Shown: piece after piece, positions 27,461 through 35,525 of the stretch
Layout of the letters: each line of letters begins with the position of its first letter
How positions within the stretch are numbered: the stretch's first letter is position 1
From: a virus
Lineage: Duplodnaviria; Heunggongvirae; Uroviricota; Caudoviricetes
Length of the DNA stretch: 64,000 nt
Direction: 5' to 3' (one strand)
Virus record (IMG/VR): IMGVR_UViG_3300027295_000004
Program-made: the position numbers and the translations under genes
The notes under the pieces: generated by a model
Seen by the model: the letters and a program-made list of their open reading frames with translations, nothing else
Databases searched by the model: none
Told to the model about the DNA's origin: nothing

Positions 27461-27535
27461 GCCTCTGTAATTCAATGGTAGAATAACAGACTTTTAATCT
27501 GAAGGTTATGGGTTCGAGTCCCATCGGAGGCACCA
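27461..27535 (+). tRNA. tRNA-Lys (UUU)
   Basis: gcctctg-ta-attc-aatggta-gaat-..-cttttaa-..-atggg-ttcgagt-cccat-cggaggc-a-cca. Confidence 0.6.
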
Positions 27536-27604
27536 ATTTATACAGTCAACGCTCTGATATATTGCTATAGTATATAAGTAATAATTTAATTTAATTTTTA
27601 ATAT

Positions 27605-27679
27605 TCCTCAGTGGCAGACTAGCAATGCACCCGACTGTTAATCGGGATTATGAAGGAGCGTAACCTTCCTGAGGAGCCA
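27605..27679 (+). tRNA. tRNA-Asn (GUU) with an aberrant T-loop (AGCGTAA) and a D-loop without GG
   Basis: Acceptor tcctcag/ctgagga-g-cca; anticodon cccga-ctgttaa-tcggg. Confidence 0.45.
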
Positions 27680-27743
27680 ATTTATAACTGCGATCAAAAC
27701 ACAAAGCAGTTGCTAATAACAACACCCGATGTGAATATATAAC

Positions 27744-27992
27744 ATGAAGAAAACTCAACGCCAATGTGCAGACGACTTAGTCAACTACATCATTCGTAAA
27801 GAACTTATTCACATCAAGTCAGAATATCTTCTTCGCATTGAAAATAGTGAATGGATGGCATGTGGCACAGAGGATAAAACCAGAATTGAAGAATTGCAAC
27901 GGGACATTCAAAGTGCTCGAGAATATATTAGTGTACTGGATGAGTACATCACTAAATTTGAAAAAGTAGAAACCTCGCCATTGTTCAATTAA
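27744..27992 (+). CDS. Hypothetical protein (82 aa)
   Basis: ORF inside the tRNA array. Confidence 0.4.
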   Translation: MKKTQRQCADDLVNYIIRKELIHIKSEYLLRIENSEWMACGTEDKTRIEELQRDIQSAREYISVLDEYITKFEKVETSPLFN

Positions 27993-28280
27993 ATGGAACA
28001 ACTAATAGAACCATTCTGCTACATTGCAAATGTCAAAGTTACAGATAAAAATGGCAAACAAGGGAATAGACCGTTAATTAGATTTCAAGCACCTGACTCG
28101 GGATTAAATTTTAATACTTATTACGTTGCGTGCGCATGTGCTTCTGTATACAACATGTTCCTTGATTATATTGCCGAGAAAGATCAAATAGAATTTGAAA
28201 AACAATTCAAAGAGATATTCAATAAGCTTATCGATGAAGGTCTAATAGAAATCATGAAAGACAAACCAATTTCGGGTTGA
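27993..28280 (+). CDS. Hypothetical protein (95 aa)
   Basis: ORF; its stop overlaps the 5' end of tRNA-Phe. Confidence 0.4.
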   Translation: MEQLIEPFCYIANVKVTDKNGKQGNRPLIRFQAPDSGLNFNTYYVACACASVYNMFLDYIAEKDQIEFEKQFKEIFNKLIDEGLIEIMKDKPISG

Positions 28281-28349
28281 TAGCAATGATGGTTCATGCG
28301 TCTGTCTGAAGAACAGATCATCTCGGTTCGAATCCGAGTCAACCCACCA
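28274..28349 (+). tRNA. tRNA-Phe (GAA)
   Basis: gggttga-ta-..-tctgt-ctgaaga-acaga-tcat-ctcgg-ttcgaat-ccgag-tcaaccc-a-cca. Confidence 0.65.
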
Positions 28350-28354
28350 CTTAT

Positions 28355-28429
28355 GTCGCCGTCGTCTAATGGTTAGGACGGAGGATTTTCATTCCTCAAA
28401 TGGGGGTTCGATTCCCCTCGGCGATACCA
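28355..28429 (+). tRNA. tRNA-Glu (UUC)
   Basis: gtcgccg-t-cgtc-taatggttag-gacg-gagga-ttttcat-tcctc-..-ggggg-ttcgatt-cccct-cggcgat-a-cca. Confidence 0.65.
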
Positions 28430-28439
28430 ATTTCAATAC

Positions 28440-28534
28440 GGAGTGTAAACCAAACAGGCGCGTTGGAACTGTTTGCTAAACAGATTGTGGTTTTGCTAAA
28501 AAGCCATCTGGTTCGAGTCCAGTGCACTCCGCCA
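28440..28534 (+). tRNA. tRNA-Ser (GCU), class II with a long variable arm
   Basis: Acceptor ggagtgt/gcactcc-g-cca; anticodon loop ttgctaa; variable-arm stem ggtttt/aaagcc. Confidence 0.6.
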
Positions 28535-28540
28535 CTTTAT

Positions 28541-28615
28541 TGTCTCGTAGCTCATCGGTAGAGCACTTCCCTGATAAGGAATAGGTAGCTGGTTCGATTC
28601 CAGTCGGGACAACCA
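28541..28615 (+). tRNA. tRNA-Ile (GAU)
   Basis: tgtctcg-ta-gctc-atcggtag-agc-..-ctgataa-..-gctgg-ttcgatt-ccagt-cgggaca-a-cca. Confidence 0.6.
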
Positions 28616-28637
28616 ATTTCAATAACCAATACTAAAA

Positions 28638-28865
28638 ATGAAAAGATATCTTTTGATAGCAGGCCACGACTATTATCCTGGTGCGGGTACAAGCAATTGG
28701 GTTGATTCGTATGATTCATACGAAGAGGCTCTCAATATGGTTGAAACAATGGAAGAAAATAACTACGGTAGGTGTGGTTATACTATTGGAGATATGCCAT
28801 GTGATTGGTATGAAATAGTAGATTTAAACGAATGGAGTCCTCGCAATTCAATTTCAACATATTAA
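28638..28865 (+). CDS. Hypothetical protein (75 aa)
   Basis: ORF. Confidence 0.4.
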   Translation: MKRYLLIAGHDYYPGAGTSNWVDSYDSYEEALNMVETMEENNYGRCGYTIGDMPCDWYEIVDLNEWSPRNSISTY

Positions 28866-28870
28866 ATCCA

Positions 28871-29968
28871 ATGCAAACACTTTACAAATACAGTACCAAA
28901 GGCGCACCTCTTCAGTGGAGCATTGAAGTAGAAGGTGACAAGTATCGAACGATTGAAGGGCAAGTAGGAGGCAAGCTGACTACTTCGCAATGGACTATTT
29001 GTTTCGCAAAGAATGTTGGTAAGGCAAACGCAACTACGGCAGAAGAACAAGCTCTGAAAAAGGCTGAATCTATCTATCGCAAGAAAAAGGACGCCGGATT
29101 CAGCGAGACATTGGAATCATCTGGTGCGAATTTCTTTGAACCGATGCTTGCTCATAAATGGGATCAGCACCCTCTAGCACCTGGTACACCATTGGCTCTT
29201 CAGCCCAAACTAGACGGACATAGATGCATTGCGTATCTTAAAGATGGTAAAGTATATCTCCAAAGTCGAAAGGGCAAACAGATCACTTCATGCACCCATA
29301 TTGAAAATGCTCTTGAAGATTTATTCAAAGAAAATCAATCTTTTATTCTAGATGGTGAGCTTTACAATCATACCATTCCGTTTGAAAAGATTTCGGGGTT
29401 AGTTCGTCAAATTGAACACACTGCGGAATGCAAAGATATTCAATATCATGTTTATGATCTTGTTGATCTAAATAACCGACAACTAACTTTCGACGAAAGA
29501 AATTGGCAATTGGTTACAAAGCAATTACGGCTTTGTAATAATGAGCATATAAACATGGTTACTACATTGTTCGTAAATGGCAGCGATGCTATTGCGGAGT
29601 ATGAAAGTGAGTGTGTGGAAGATGGATATGAAGGTATCATGATTCGTGATACTACATCTATCTATGAGAATAAAAGATCGAAAGGACTTCTGAAACTCAA
29701 ACAATTCCAAGACGAAGAATTCAATATTGTCGAAATCAAAGAAGGTCAAGGTAATCGCACCGGACTAGCCACAGAAGCAGTATTGGCTCTTGAAGACGGT
29801 AGAGCTTTTTCTACTGGAGTTATTGGCAACGAAGAATATGCACGTGGCTTATTTAATGACCGCGAAAAAGTCAAAGGGATGCTAGCCACAGTAAAATACC
29901 AAGGAAAGACTGCACAGGGGATTCCTAGATTTGGTAAAATGAAAATCGTAAGATATGAAGGATTCTAA
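28871..29968 (+). CDS. ATP-dependent DNA ligase
   Basis: Motif I KLDGHR, motif III ILDGELY, motif IV EGIMIRD, motif V LLKLK; start set to the Met at 28871 after the upstream stop. Confidence 0.85.
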   Translation: MQTLYKYSTKGAPLQWSIEVEGDKYRTIEGQVGGKLTTSQWTICFAKNVGKANATTAEEQALKKAESIYRKKKDAGFSETLESSGANFFEPMLAHKWDQHPLAPGTPLALQPKLDGHRCIAYLKDGKVYLQSRKGKQITSCTHIENALEDLFKENQSFILDGELYNHTIPFEKISGLVRQIEHTAECKDIQYHVYDLVDLNNRQLTFDERNWQLVTKQLRLCNNEHINMVTTLFVNGSDAIAEYESECVEDGYEGIMIRDTTSIYENKRSKGLLKLKQFQDEEFNIVEIKEGQGNRTGLATEAVLALEDGRAFSTGVIGNEEYARGLFNDREKVKGMLATVKYQGKTAQGIPRFGKMKIVRYEGF

Positions 29969-29970
29969 GT

Positions 29971-30363
29971 ATGAATATATCTTTTAATCATTTCCATAAA
30001 CTATTATCAGATCCAAGGTTTATAGTAAAATACAAGCATCCTGACTGTACTGATGTTCGGGAGTGTAGATTCAAACAAAACCTTCTTAAATTTTTTAAAG
30101 GCACAAACACTCTGTATGTTGATGCTGATCTGTGGTTTCTGGAAGAATACAACAAAGCAATATCTTATGACGAAGAATCGGGTTCTTTCATTCTTCGCAA
30201 GAAAGAATATGACATGGAAGAAACTGATGAATTTGAAGTAGTCGAGGGGTGGGACGGATATTGTGAAACGAGACCGATTATAAAAGTACTCGACACATGG
30301 AAACTAATTCCGATTACGTTCACATTTTACGCAAGAGCATCAACAAAAGACTTGATAGGCTAA
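29971..30363 (+). CDS. Hypothetical protein (130 aa)
   Basis: ORF. Confidence 0.45.
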   Translation: MNISFNHFHKLLSDPRFIVKYKHPDCTDVRECRFKQNLLKFFKGTNTLYVDADLWFLEEYNKAISYDEESGSFILRKKEYDMEETDEFEVVEGWDGYCETRPIIKVLDTWKLIPITFTFYARASTKDLIG

Positions 30364-30387
30364 CAGCCCCGTTGTATAATTGTTTAC

Positions 30388-30463
30388 GCGGTAGTAGCTC
30401 AATTGGTAGGGCGTCTGACTTCCACTCAGAATGTTGCAGGTTCGAGTCCTGTCTACCGCACCA
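30388..30463 (+). tRNA. tRNA-Gly (UCC)
   Basis: gcggtag-ta-gctcaattggtagggc-g-tctga-cttccac-tcaga-atgtt-gcagg-ttcgagt-cctgt-ctaccgc-a-cca. Confidence 0.65.
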
Positions 30464-30492
30464 CATTCAACCAAATCAACCAAATCAACATA

Positions 30493-30627
30493 ATGGATAT
30501 AGACTCAATTATCACTACAATACCAAAATTGATTTATTTCACAAGCATTGGATTTTTAGTTATATTGTACTTTGCATTGATTATCAAAGCATTGGTTATC
30601 GCACTCGATGCAATCATTGATTTCTAA
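30493..30627 (+). CDS. Small hydrophobic (membrane) protein (44 aa)
   Basis: ORF 30403-30627 trimmed to the Met at 30493 downstream of the tRNA. Confidence 0.3.
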   Translation: MDIDSIITTIPKLIYFTSIGFLVILYFALIIKALVIALDAIIDF

Positions 30628-30630
30628 AAT

Positions 30631-30927
30631 ATGAGTGGAGGGCATTTTGATTACAATCAATTTCGATTGACTGACATTTCGAGGGAAATCATGTCCCTTA
30701 TTAATAGCAATGAAGTTCCAAATGAATTCAGGCAGGCTCGGAAGTATCCTACTGATATTTTAGATAAGTTTGAAGTAGCAATGATTATATTAGATACTGC
30801 TGCAGATATAGTACATCATATCGATTATCTTGTTGAAGGAGATATTGGAGAAGATACATTCAGGGAACTATATAACAAAGCAATCAAGGATTTTTGTACC
30901 AAACTTGCAGAACATCAACTTACTTAA
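30631..30927 (+). CDS. Hypothetical protein (98 aa)
   Basis: ORF. Confidence 0.4.
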   Translation: MSGGHFDYNQFRLTDISREIMSLINSNEVPNEFRQARKYPTDILDKFEVAMIILDTAADIVHHIDYLVEGDIGEDTFRELYNKAIKDFCTKLAEHQLT

Positions 30928-30941
30928 CCTTAAATACTCTT

Positions 30942-31415
30942 ATGCCCACTAACGACCAATCTCTCATCTGTGAAGCGTACGCAGATCAAATCGCATCAAA
31001 TGCATCCGACTCTGAAGAATATTCGATTTTTATCGAAGCAGAACTAACTGCACCAGCGAAGACATCCAAAGCAATTCAAGCATTTGAAAACATTCTCAAA
31101 CGATATGATCGAAATGGTGCAATAGCATTAACTCCCGGGGGTGTATATACACGACCTTCAGGTGACAAGACTGTAGTTGAATATGATGCATATATTAAAC
31201 GAGGGCGAAGATACATCAATCCAGAAGAAGACAATTCGCGTTATCTTCCGTCATATATCGAATCAGCTATCTCTGACTTGTATGATGACCTTGAAGGTTA
31301 TAACGGTACAGATGACATCGAATTGGAAGGCGAAGATGGAGATCCTCCAGAACACGTCTCAAGCTTCGAGATTCCTGGTGAGAGGGTGACTATCAGATAC
31401 GTATTGAGCTACTAA
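30942..31415 (+). CDS. Hypothetical acidic protein
   Basis: ORF 30894-31415 trimmed to the Met at 30942. Confidence 0.4.
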   Translation: MPTNDQSLICEAYADQIASNASDSEEYSIFIEAELTAPAKTSKAIQAFENILKRYDRNGAIALTPGGVYTRPSGDKTVVEYDAYIKRGRRYINPEEDNSRYLPSYIESAISDLYDDLEGYNGTDDIELEGEDGDPPEHVSSFEIPGERVTIRYVLSY

Positions 31416-31506
31416 TTTAAATTTGGCATGGACGACTAGACGGACGCATGTCGAGGATATCCAACATCAGTTCAACTAGTGACTGCGGGAGAGAACCGCA
31501 CAATTT

Positions 31507-31582
31507 GGATGGCGACCCGGCTAGTGAAGGGCTACGTCTGCAAAACGTTTGTTGTTGAGTGCGATTCTCAAGCCATCCTCCA
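31507..31582 (+). tRNA. tRNA-Cys (GCA) with a non-canonical T-loop TGCGATT
   Basis: ggatggc-ga-ccc-ggctagtgaa-ggg-c-tacgt-ctgcaaa-acgtt-tgttg-ttgag-tgcgatt-ctcaa-gccatcc-t-cca. Confidence 0.5.
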
Positions 31583-31709
31583 ATTTTAAAACATGCACAC
31601 TATACATACAACCACTACAAACAATCAATCTAAACAAGAAGAGCCCCAACGCACTTCTTTGATGGTAGCTCCTACTAAATTCTATATTTGGTGTAAAAGC
31701 AAATTCAAC

Positions 31710-31937
31710 ATGGCACTAATTTTAAGCATCGGGTTCCTTTTAGTGCAGGGAGTTAATGGGCAAAATTCTTTTCGATTAAATACATTAGGTTCTGACGGGC
31801 CTGATGGTATTTGTGTGCGGAATGGAAATCAATGGGATTGCTATGGGCAACATATTAGCGCACCCGAACCAACGAACCCAGGAGTCCTGATGACAGCAGC
31901 GGGGGTAGCAGTTATGATGAAAAGAAAGAGGCATTAA
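31710..31937 (+). CDS. Small secreted protein with a PEP-CTERM-like C terminus
   Basis: N-terminal signal peptide MALILSIGFLLVQGVNG; C terminus APEPTNPGVLMTAAGVAVMMKRKRH (PEP motif, TM segment, basic tail). Confidence 0.35.
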   Translation: MALILSIGFLLVQGVNGQNSFRLNTLGSDGPDGICVRNGNQWDCYGQHISAPEPTNPGVLMTAAGVAVMMKRKRH

Positions 31938-32036
31938 TTTCTTTTGATTTTTAAAAAACAAACAATAAGATGTTGATTTAACACACACCACAAAGTATAA
32001 TATAAACGAAGATAACATCTTCAACAAAATCAAATT

Positions 32037-32525
32037 ATGAAAACAAAACTACTATCACTAGTAATGGCACTCGCAACACAAATGGCATTTGCAGGCTCTC
32101 CTGTAACACCTCCAACCCCTGCTACACCAGAAGTTGGATCCACAGGATGGGTTTCAAAGGCATTCACAACTGTGGTCCTTGACAATGGTGATGAAACAGT
32201 CGGTGGAGGTTTGAGTCTTGAAGCTCCAGTTGTAGGCGATCTGAAAGCAGAACTTACTGTTGGTGTAGCAGATGACCTTTATACCGTAGGTGGTAATCTT
32301 CTCTATTACGTCCCCGTAGGAGAGAAGCTTTCTGTATATGGCTTGGCGGGCGGTGCTTATGAATTCGATACAGATCAATGGACCGTACGAACCGGTGGCG
32401 GTCTAAGTTATAGTCTTACTAATACCCTCAATCTGTTTGCAGATGCAACCTACAATTTCCTTGTAGAGAATGATGCCAAGGATGGCGTCGTTGCAATTCG
32501 AGCAGGTGTTGGGTTTAAGTTCTGA
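32037..32525 (+). CDS. Outer-membrane beta-barrel protein (OmpA-N/OmpW-like small barrel)
   Basis: Signal peptide MKTKLLSLVMALATQMAFA; alternating amphipathic beta strands; C-terminal GVGFKF with a terminal Phe. Confidence 0.6.
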   Translation: MKTKLLSLVMALATQMAFAGSPVTPPTPATPEVGSTGWVSKAFTTVVLDNGDETVGGGLSLEAPVVGDLKAELTVGVADDLYTVGGNLLYYVPVGEKLSVYGLAGGAYEFDTDQWTVRTGGGLSYSLTNTLNLFADATYNFLVENDAKDGVVAIRAGVGFKF

Positions 32526-32597
32526 TTATACTGATCTGAATAGGCGAACGCCACCTGGTAAAGTGCGTGACAGCCGGAGAGACGGCCTCGTTAATTT

Positions 32598-32672
32598 GGG
32601 TGGTTCGTATAACGGATAGTACGCAACGCTACGGACGTTGAGACAGGGGTTCGATTCCTCTACTGCCCACCA
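32598..32672 (+). tRNA. tRNA-Arg (ACG)
   Basis: gggtggt-tc-gtat-aacggata-gtac-g-caacg-ctacgga-cgttg-agac-agggg-ttcgatt-cctct-actgccc-a-cca. Confidence 0.65.
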
Positions 32673-32675
32673 TAT

Positions 32676-32749
32676 GCCCAGTTCGTTCAACGGATAGGAC
32701 AGCGGTCTTCTAAACCGCGAATAGAGGTTCGATTCCTCTACTGGGTACC
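32676..32749 (+). tRNA. tRNA-Arg (UCU)
   Basis: gcccagt-tc-gttc-aacggata-ggac-a-gcggt-cttctaa-accgc-gaat-agagg-ttcgatt-cctct-actgggt-a-cca. Confidence 0.6.
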
Positions 32750-32760
32750 ATTTTCCATAT

Positions 32761-32837
32761 AGCCACGTGATGTAATTGGTAAACGTGACGGTCTCAAAAA
32801 CTGTTTTCTATGGGTTCGAGTCCCATCGTGGCTACCA
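32761..32837 (+). tRNA. tRNA with anticodon CAA (Leu-type) but a 5-nt variable loop (class I architecture), A73
   Basis: agccacg-tg-atgt-aattggtaa-acgt-g-acggt-ctcaaaa-actgt-tttct-atggg-ttcgagt-cccat-cgtggct-a-cca. Confidence 0.5.
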
Positions 32838-32838
32838 T

Positions 32839-32915
32839 GCCCTGTGTAGCATATTTAGTTAATGTCTTCGCCTGTGAAGCGAACGAAGATGGTGCAATTC
32901 CATCCCAGGGAACCA
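32839..32915 (+). tRNA. tRNA-His (GUG) with a non-canonical T-loop TGCAATT, D-loop without GG and an imperfect acceptor stem
   Basis: Anticodon ttcgc-ctgtgaa-gcgaa; T-arm gatgg-tgcaatt-ccatc; the 5' g at 32839 may be the His G-1. Confidence 0.45.
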
Positions 32916-33065
32916 ATTCGCGAATAGTTAATGGTATCGTTCGAAAGATACTAAAGACTAACTGAGACCCCCATTTCGAAGTTTATAGGTTGAACACCGC
33001 AGTTAATCGGTGCGGGAGGTGTGTTCGAGTGCACACGATGGATCAGGTCTCGACAATTTACATAT

Positions 33066-33139
33066 GCCCGCATAGCCCAATCGGTAGAGGCACTTGACTT
33101 AGGATCAAGAGGTTGGGGGTTCGAATCCCTCTGCGGGTA
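33066..33139 (+). tRNA. tRNA with anticodon UAG (Leu-type) but a 5-nt variable loop, A73, no encoded CCA
   Basis: gcccgca-ta-gcc-caatcggtaga-ggc-a-cttga-cttagga-tcaag-aggtt-ggggg-ttcgaat-ccctc-tgcgggt-a. Confidence 0.5.
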
Positions 33140-33147
33140 CTTTTTAT

Positions 33148-33228
33148 GGGAGTGTTAGCGTAGCGGCCGAACGCACCAGTTTTACACACTGGCAATCATC
33201 ACAGGTTCGAATCCTGTCGCTCCTACCA
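33148..33228 (+). tRNA. tRNA-Val (UAC) with an 8-nt variable region
   Basis: Acceptor gggagtg/cgctcct-a-cca; anticodon ccagt-tttacac-actgg; T-arm acagg-ttcgaat-cctgt. Confidence 0.55.
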
Positions 33229-33234
33229 TTTCAT

Positions 33235-33311
33235 GGCTATATGACGTAATTGGTAAACGTATTGCATTGAGGATGCAAGTTTTGCAGGTTCGAGTCCTGT
33301 TATAGCCACCA
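33235..33311 (+). tRNA. tRNA with anticodon GAG (Leu-type) but a 5-nt variable loop, A73
   Basis: ggctata-tg-acgt-aattggtaa-acgt-a-ttgca-ttgagga-tgcaa-gtttt-gcagg-ttcgagt-cctgt-tatagcc-a-cca. Confidence 0.55.
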
Positions 33312-33360
33312 TTTTACTTCATACACTTATATCCTTCTATTTGTGGCATAAGTATTTTAC

Positions 33361-33942
33361 ATGCCATTTATACCAGCAAGCAGACCTCAAATCACGAAGG
33401 AAGAGCTACTAAGCCAAGTAGCTGCAAAGTATCCAGACTTCAAACCAGGAGATAATCTGTGGTTTTGCGGAGTTCGAGGTTACTATAAGAAGACTATGGG
33501 TAATCCATTATCAAACGATCGAGGAATCTATGATGATGCTATTTTCATCATTTCTCCTAATGTATTTGCTTCATACAACGCAAATACTGACCCATCAGTC
33601 TATCGCAAGCAAACACGCACACGTAAAGGGATTGCTGTGCTGCAACCAGGGGTGTGGCCTGTATATGCCTTTGATACACACAATGGAAGTAGACCACATC
33701 CAGCGATCTGCCAACGCAGGGGTGAGGTAACAGTTAAAAGAGATGGTGGTGTATTGGACACTGGATGGTTTGGAATCAACATTCATAGGGGAGGTATTAA
33801 TGGAACGTCATCCGAAGGATGTCAAACATTTCCACCTAGCCAATGGACTGCGTTCTATAATGCGGCCAAAACAGAAGCGATCCGCTTATATGGACAAGAC
33901 TTTGCAAAAGAAACATTTACGTATGTGCTGATTGAGAATTGA
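33361..33942 (+). CDS. Hypothetical protein, weakly YkuD (L,D-transpeptidase)-like
   Basis: GINIHRGGINGTSSEGCQ loosely resembles the His..Ser-x-Gly-Cys catalytic motif of YkuD. Confidence 0.35.
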   Translation: MPFIPASRPQITKEELLSQVAAKYPDFKPGDNLWFCGVRGYYKKTMGNPLSNDRGIYDDAIFIISPNVFASYNANTDPSVYRKQTRTRKGIAVLQPGVWPVYAFDTHNGSRPHPAICQRRGEVTVKRDGGVLDTGWFGINIHRGGINGTSSEGCQTFPPSQWTAFYNAAKTEAIRLYGQDFAKETFTYVLIEN

Positions 33943-33977
33943 GTTGATTGCGTACACGCCAGCGGCGATATTAAAAC

Positions 33978-34994
33978 ATGCAAATCATCGACGACCTCAA
34001 ATCAGAAATCAAATCCTACAACGTTCGGCCATTCAGTGCGGCAGATCTTAATTGCAGCAAAGATGGCGTTTACATCCACGACAATAAGATCAATACGACA
34101 CAGTTCAACGATCTCATGGATGTGATTGGCCTTCGAGCTCGCCTTACTAATGGTGTGCTCAAGGAACCAGATCAAAATTGGAAGCCGTTGCAAGAGGCTC
34201 TGCAGACCATCGATCGCAACAAGCGGTTTGGTTATATTGCGGACAAGAAAGAGAATATTACCTGTGTGATCAAAGACGGACCATCTGAAGCGACCCAGCT
34301 AGACTACGATGATCGTATTGATGATTTGGTGAATAGCATCATCGCCTCTGAAAATAGCATTAGCCGTGCCTATTTCAGTCCAGAGAATGCAACCTTCTTC
34401 ATTGACACTACTGGATCTGATGAAATCAATTGTGGTGATGGTGATCTTTGGAAATTTGGTGTGACTACTCAGATCGGTCTCGTATCACAGAAATATTCAA
34501 ATTATTTCCTCCGTTTGCTGTGCACGAATGGGATGACAACTCGTGAGAATCTTGTTTACCGCCAAGCCCATAAAACAAAGAATGTTGGGCGTCAGTTCCT
34601 TAACTTCATCAAAGAAAACAATGCATCTTCTTTGATTGCCCCGCGGGTAGAAAAGATGAAGAACCATCGTGCATCATTCTACGAAATGGAAGCAGTTGCT
34701 GATGTATTGACTACAGACCAACAAGATGTCCTGATGCCTGATTGGTATCTCGATACTATCATCGAACATAAGAATCGTGGTATCGATCTTAGCGAAATGC
34801 CAGCAAAGCAACAGCGTTTGGTTTATACGAAAGTCAATAACTACGATGTCTTCAATTTGGCTACGGCTCTCTCGAGCCATCACCGAGATGAAATTGGCAC
34901 CAATACCGCGTTGGGTCTTAATAAGGTTGCTGGCGAAATGTTCATCAACGGACCACAACTCCTGCACAATGTGATCAATATTTACGATAATTGA
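33978..34994 (+). CDS. Hypothetical protein (338 aa)
   Basis: Long ORF. Confidence 0.5.
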   Translation: MQIIDDLKSEIKSYNVRPFSAADLNCSKDGVYIHDNKINTTQFNDLMDVIGLRARLTNGVLKEPDQNWKPLQEALQTIDRNKRFGYIADKKENITCVIKDGPSEATQLDYDDRIDDLVNSIIASENSISRAYFSPENATFFIDTTGSDEINCGDGDLWKFGVTTQIGLVSQKYSNYFLRLLCTNGMTTRENLVYRQAHKTKNVGRQFLNFIKENNASSLIAPRVEKMKNHRASFYEMEAVADVLTTDQQDVLMPDWYLDTIIEHKNRGIDLSEMPAKQQRLVYTKVNNYDVFNLATALSSHHRDEIGTNTALGLNKVAGEMFINGPQLLHNVINIYDN

Positions 34995-35044
34995 TATGGC
35001 GAGCCAAATAGTTATCAATACCTTAAATAAGTATTGATAATAAA

Positions 35045-35374
35045 ATGGATACAGAAAAAACTATTGTTGATCGATTCGCCGAAGGCGGTTGGATTGTTTC
35101 TCTCATAGGAGCCGGTGGTATGCTGGCTAGAATCTTACACAGCAATGCAAAGTATAGCATCGGTTCTTATGTGAGAAAAATCCTTGCCGCTGGAATTTCA
35201 AGTAGCATTTCATGGTTCATACTCGAGCAATCAGATTTCAGTAGCTTTACTAAAGCATTAATTTACGGCATAGTTGGGGTTGTAAGCCCCGAGGTAATTG
35301 AAGGAGTGATTTTGATTTTCAAAAAATTCTTCGAAAAGCCCCAATTAATCATTGATTTCATTTTGAGACGTTAG
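35045..35374 (+). CDS. Small membrane protein (holin-like candidate)
   Basis: Two or three predicted TM helices, charged C terminus. Confidence 0.35.
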   Translation: MDTEKTIVDRFAEGGWIVSLIGAGGMLARILHSNAKYSIGSYVRKILAAGISSSISWFILEQSDFSSFTKALIYGIVGVVSPEVIEGVILIFKKFFEKPQLIIDFILRR

Positions 35375-35525
35375 TAATATAACATATGAGCAAATTTCAA
35401 GCAGGCAAAGGACCAAAGCGACGTAAAGGAGAAAATCCTAAAAAGTTTAGCAACGGCTGGGATTTGATTAATTGGTCTTCAAAAAATAAAAAAGACATGA
35501 ATGAACCAGGAGGCAGCGTCAAACC

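Noticed and set aside
30297-30620. ORF 30297-30620 and the 5' part of ORF 30403-30627
   Set aside because: They overlap tRNA-Gly(UCC) in other frames. Only the short downstream membrane-peptide ORF was kept, at low confidence.
31416-31506. Possible additional tRNA upstream of tRNA-Cys (the sequence ends in ...gcacaattt)
   Set aside because: Only generic hairpins are present. No T-loop or acceptor pairing could be found.
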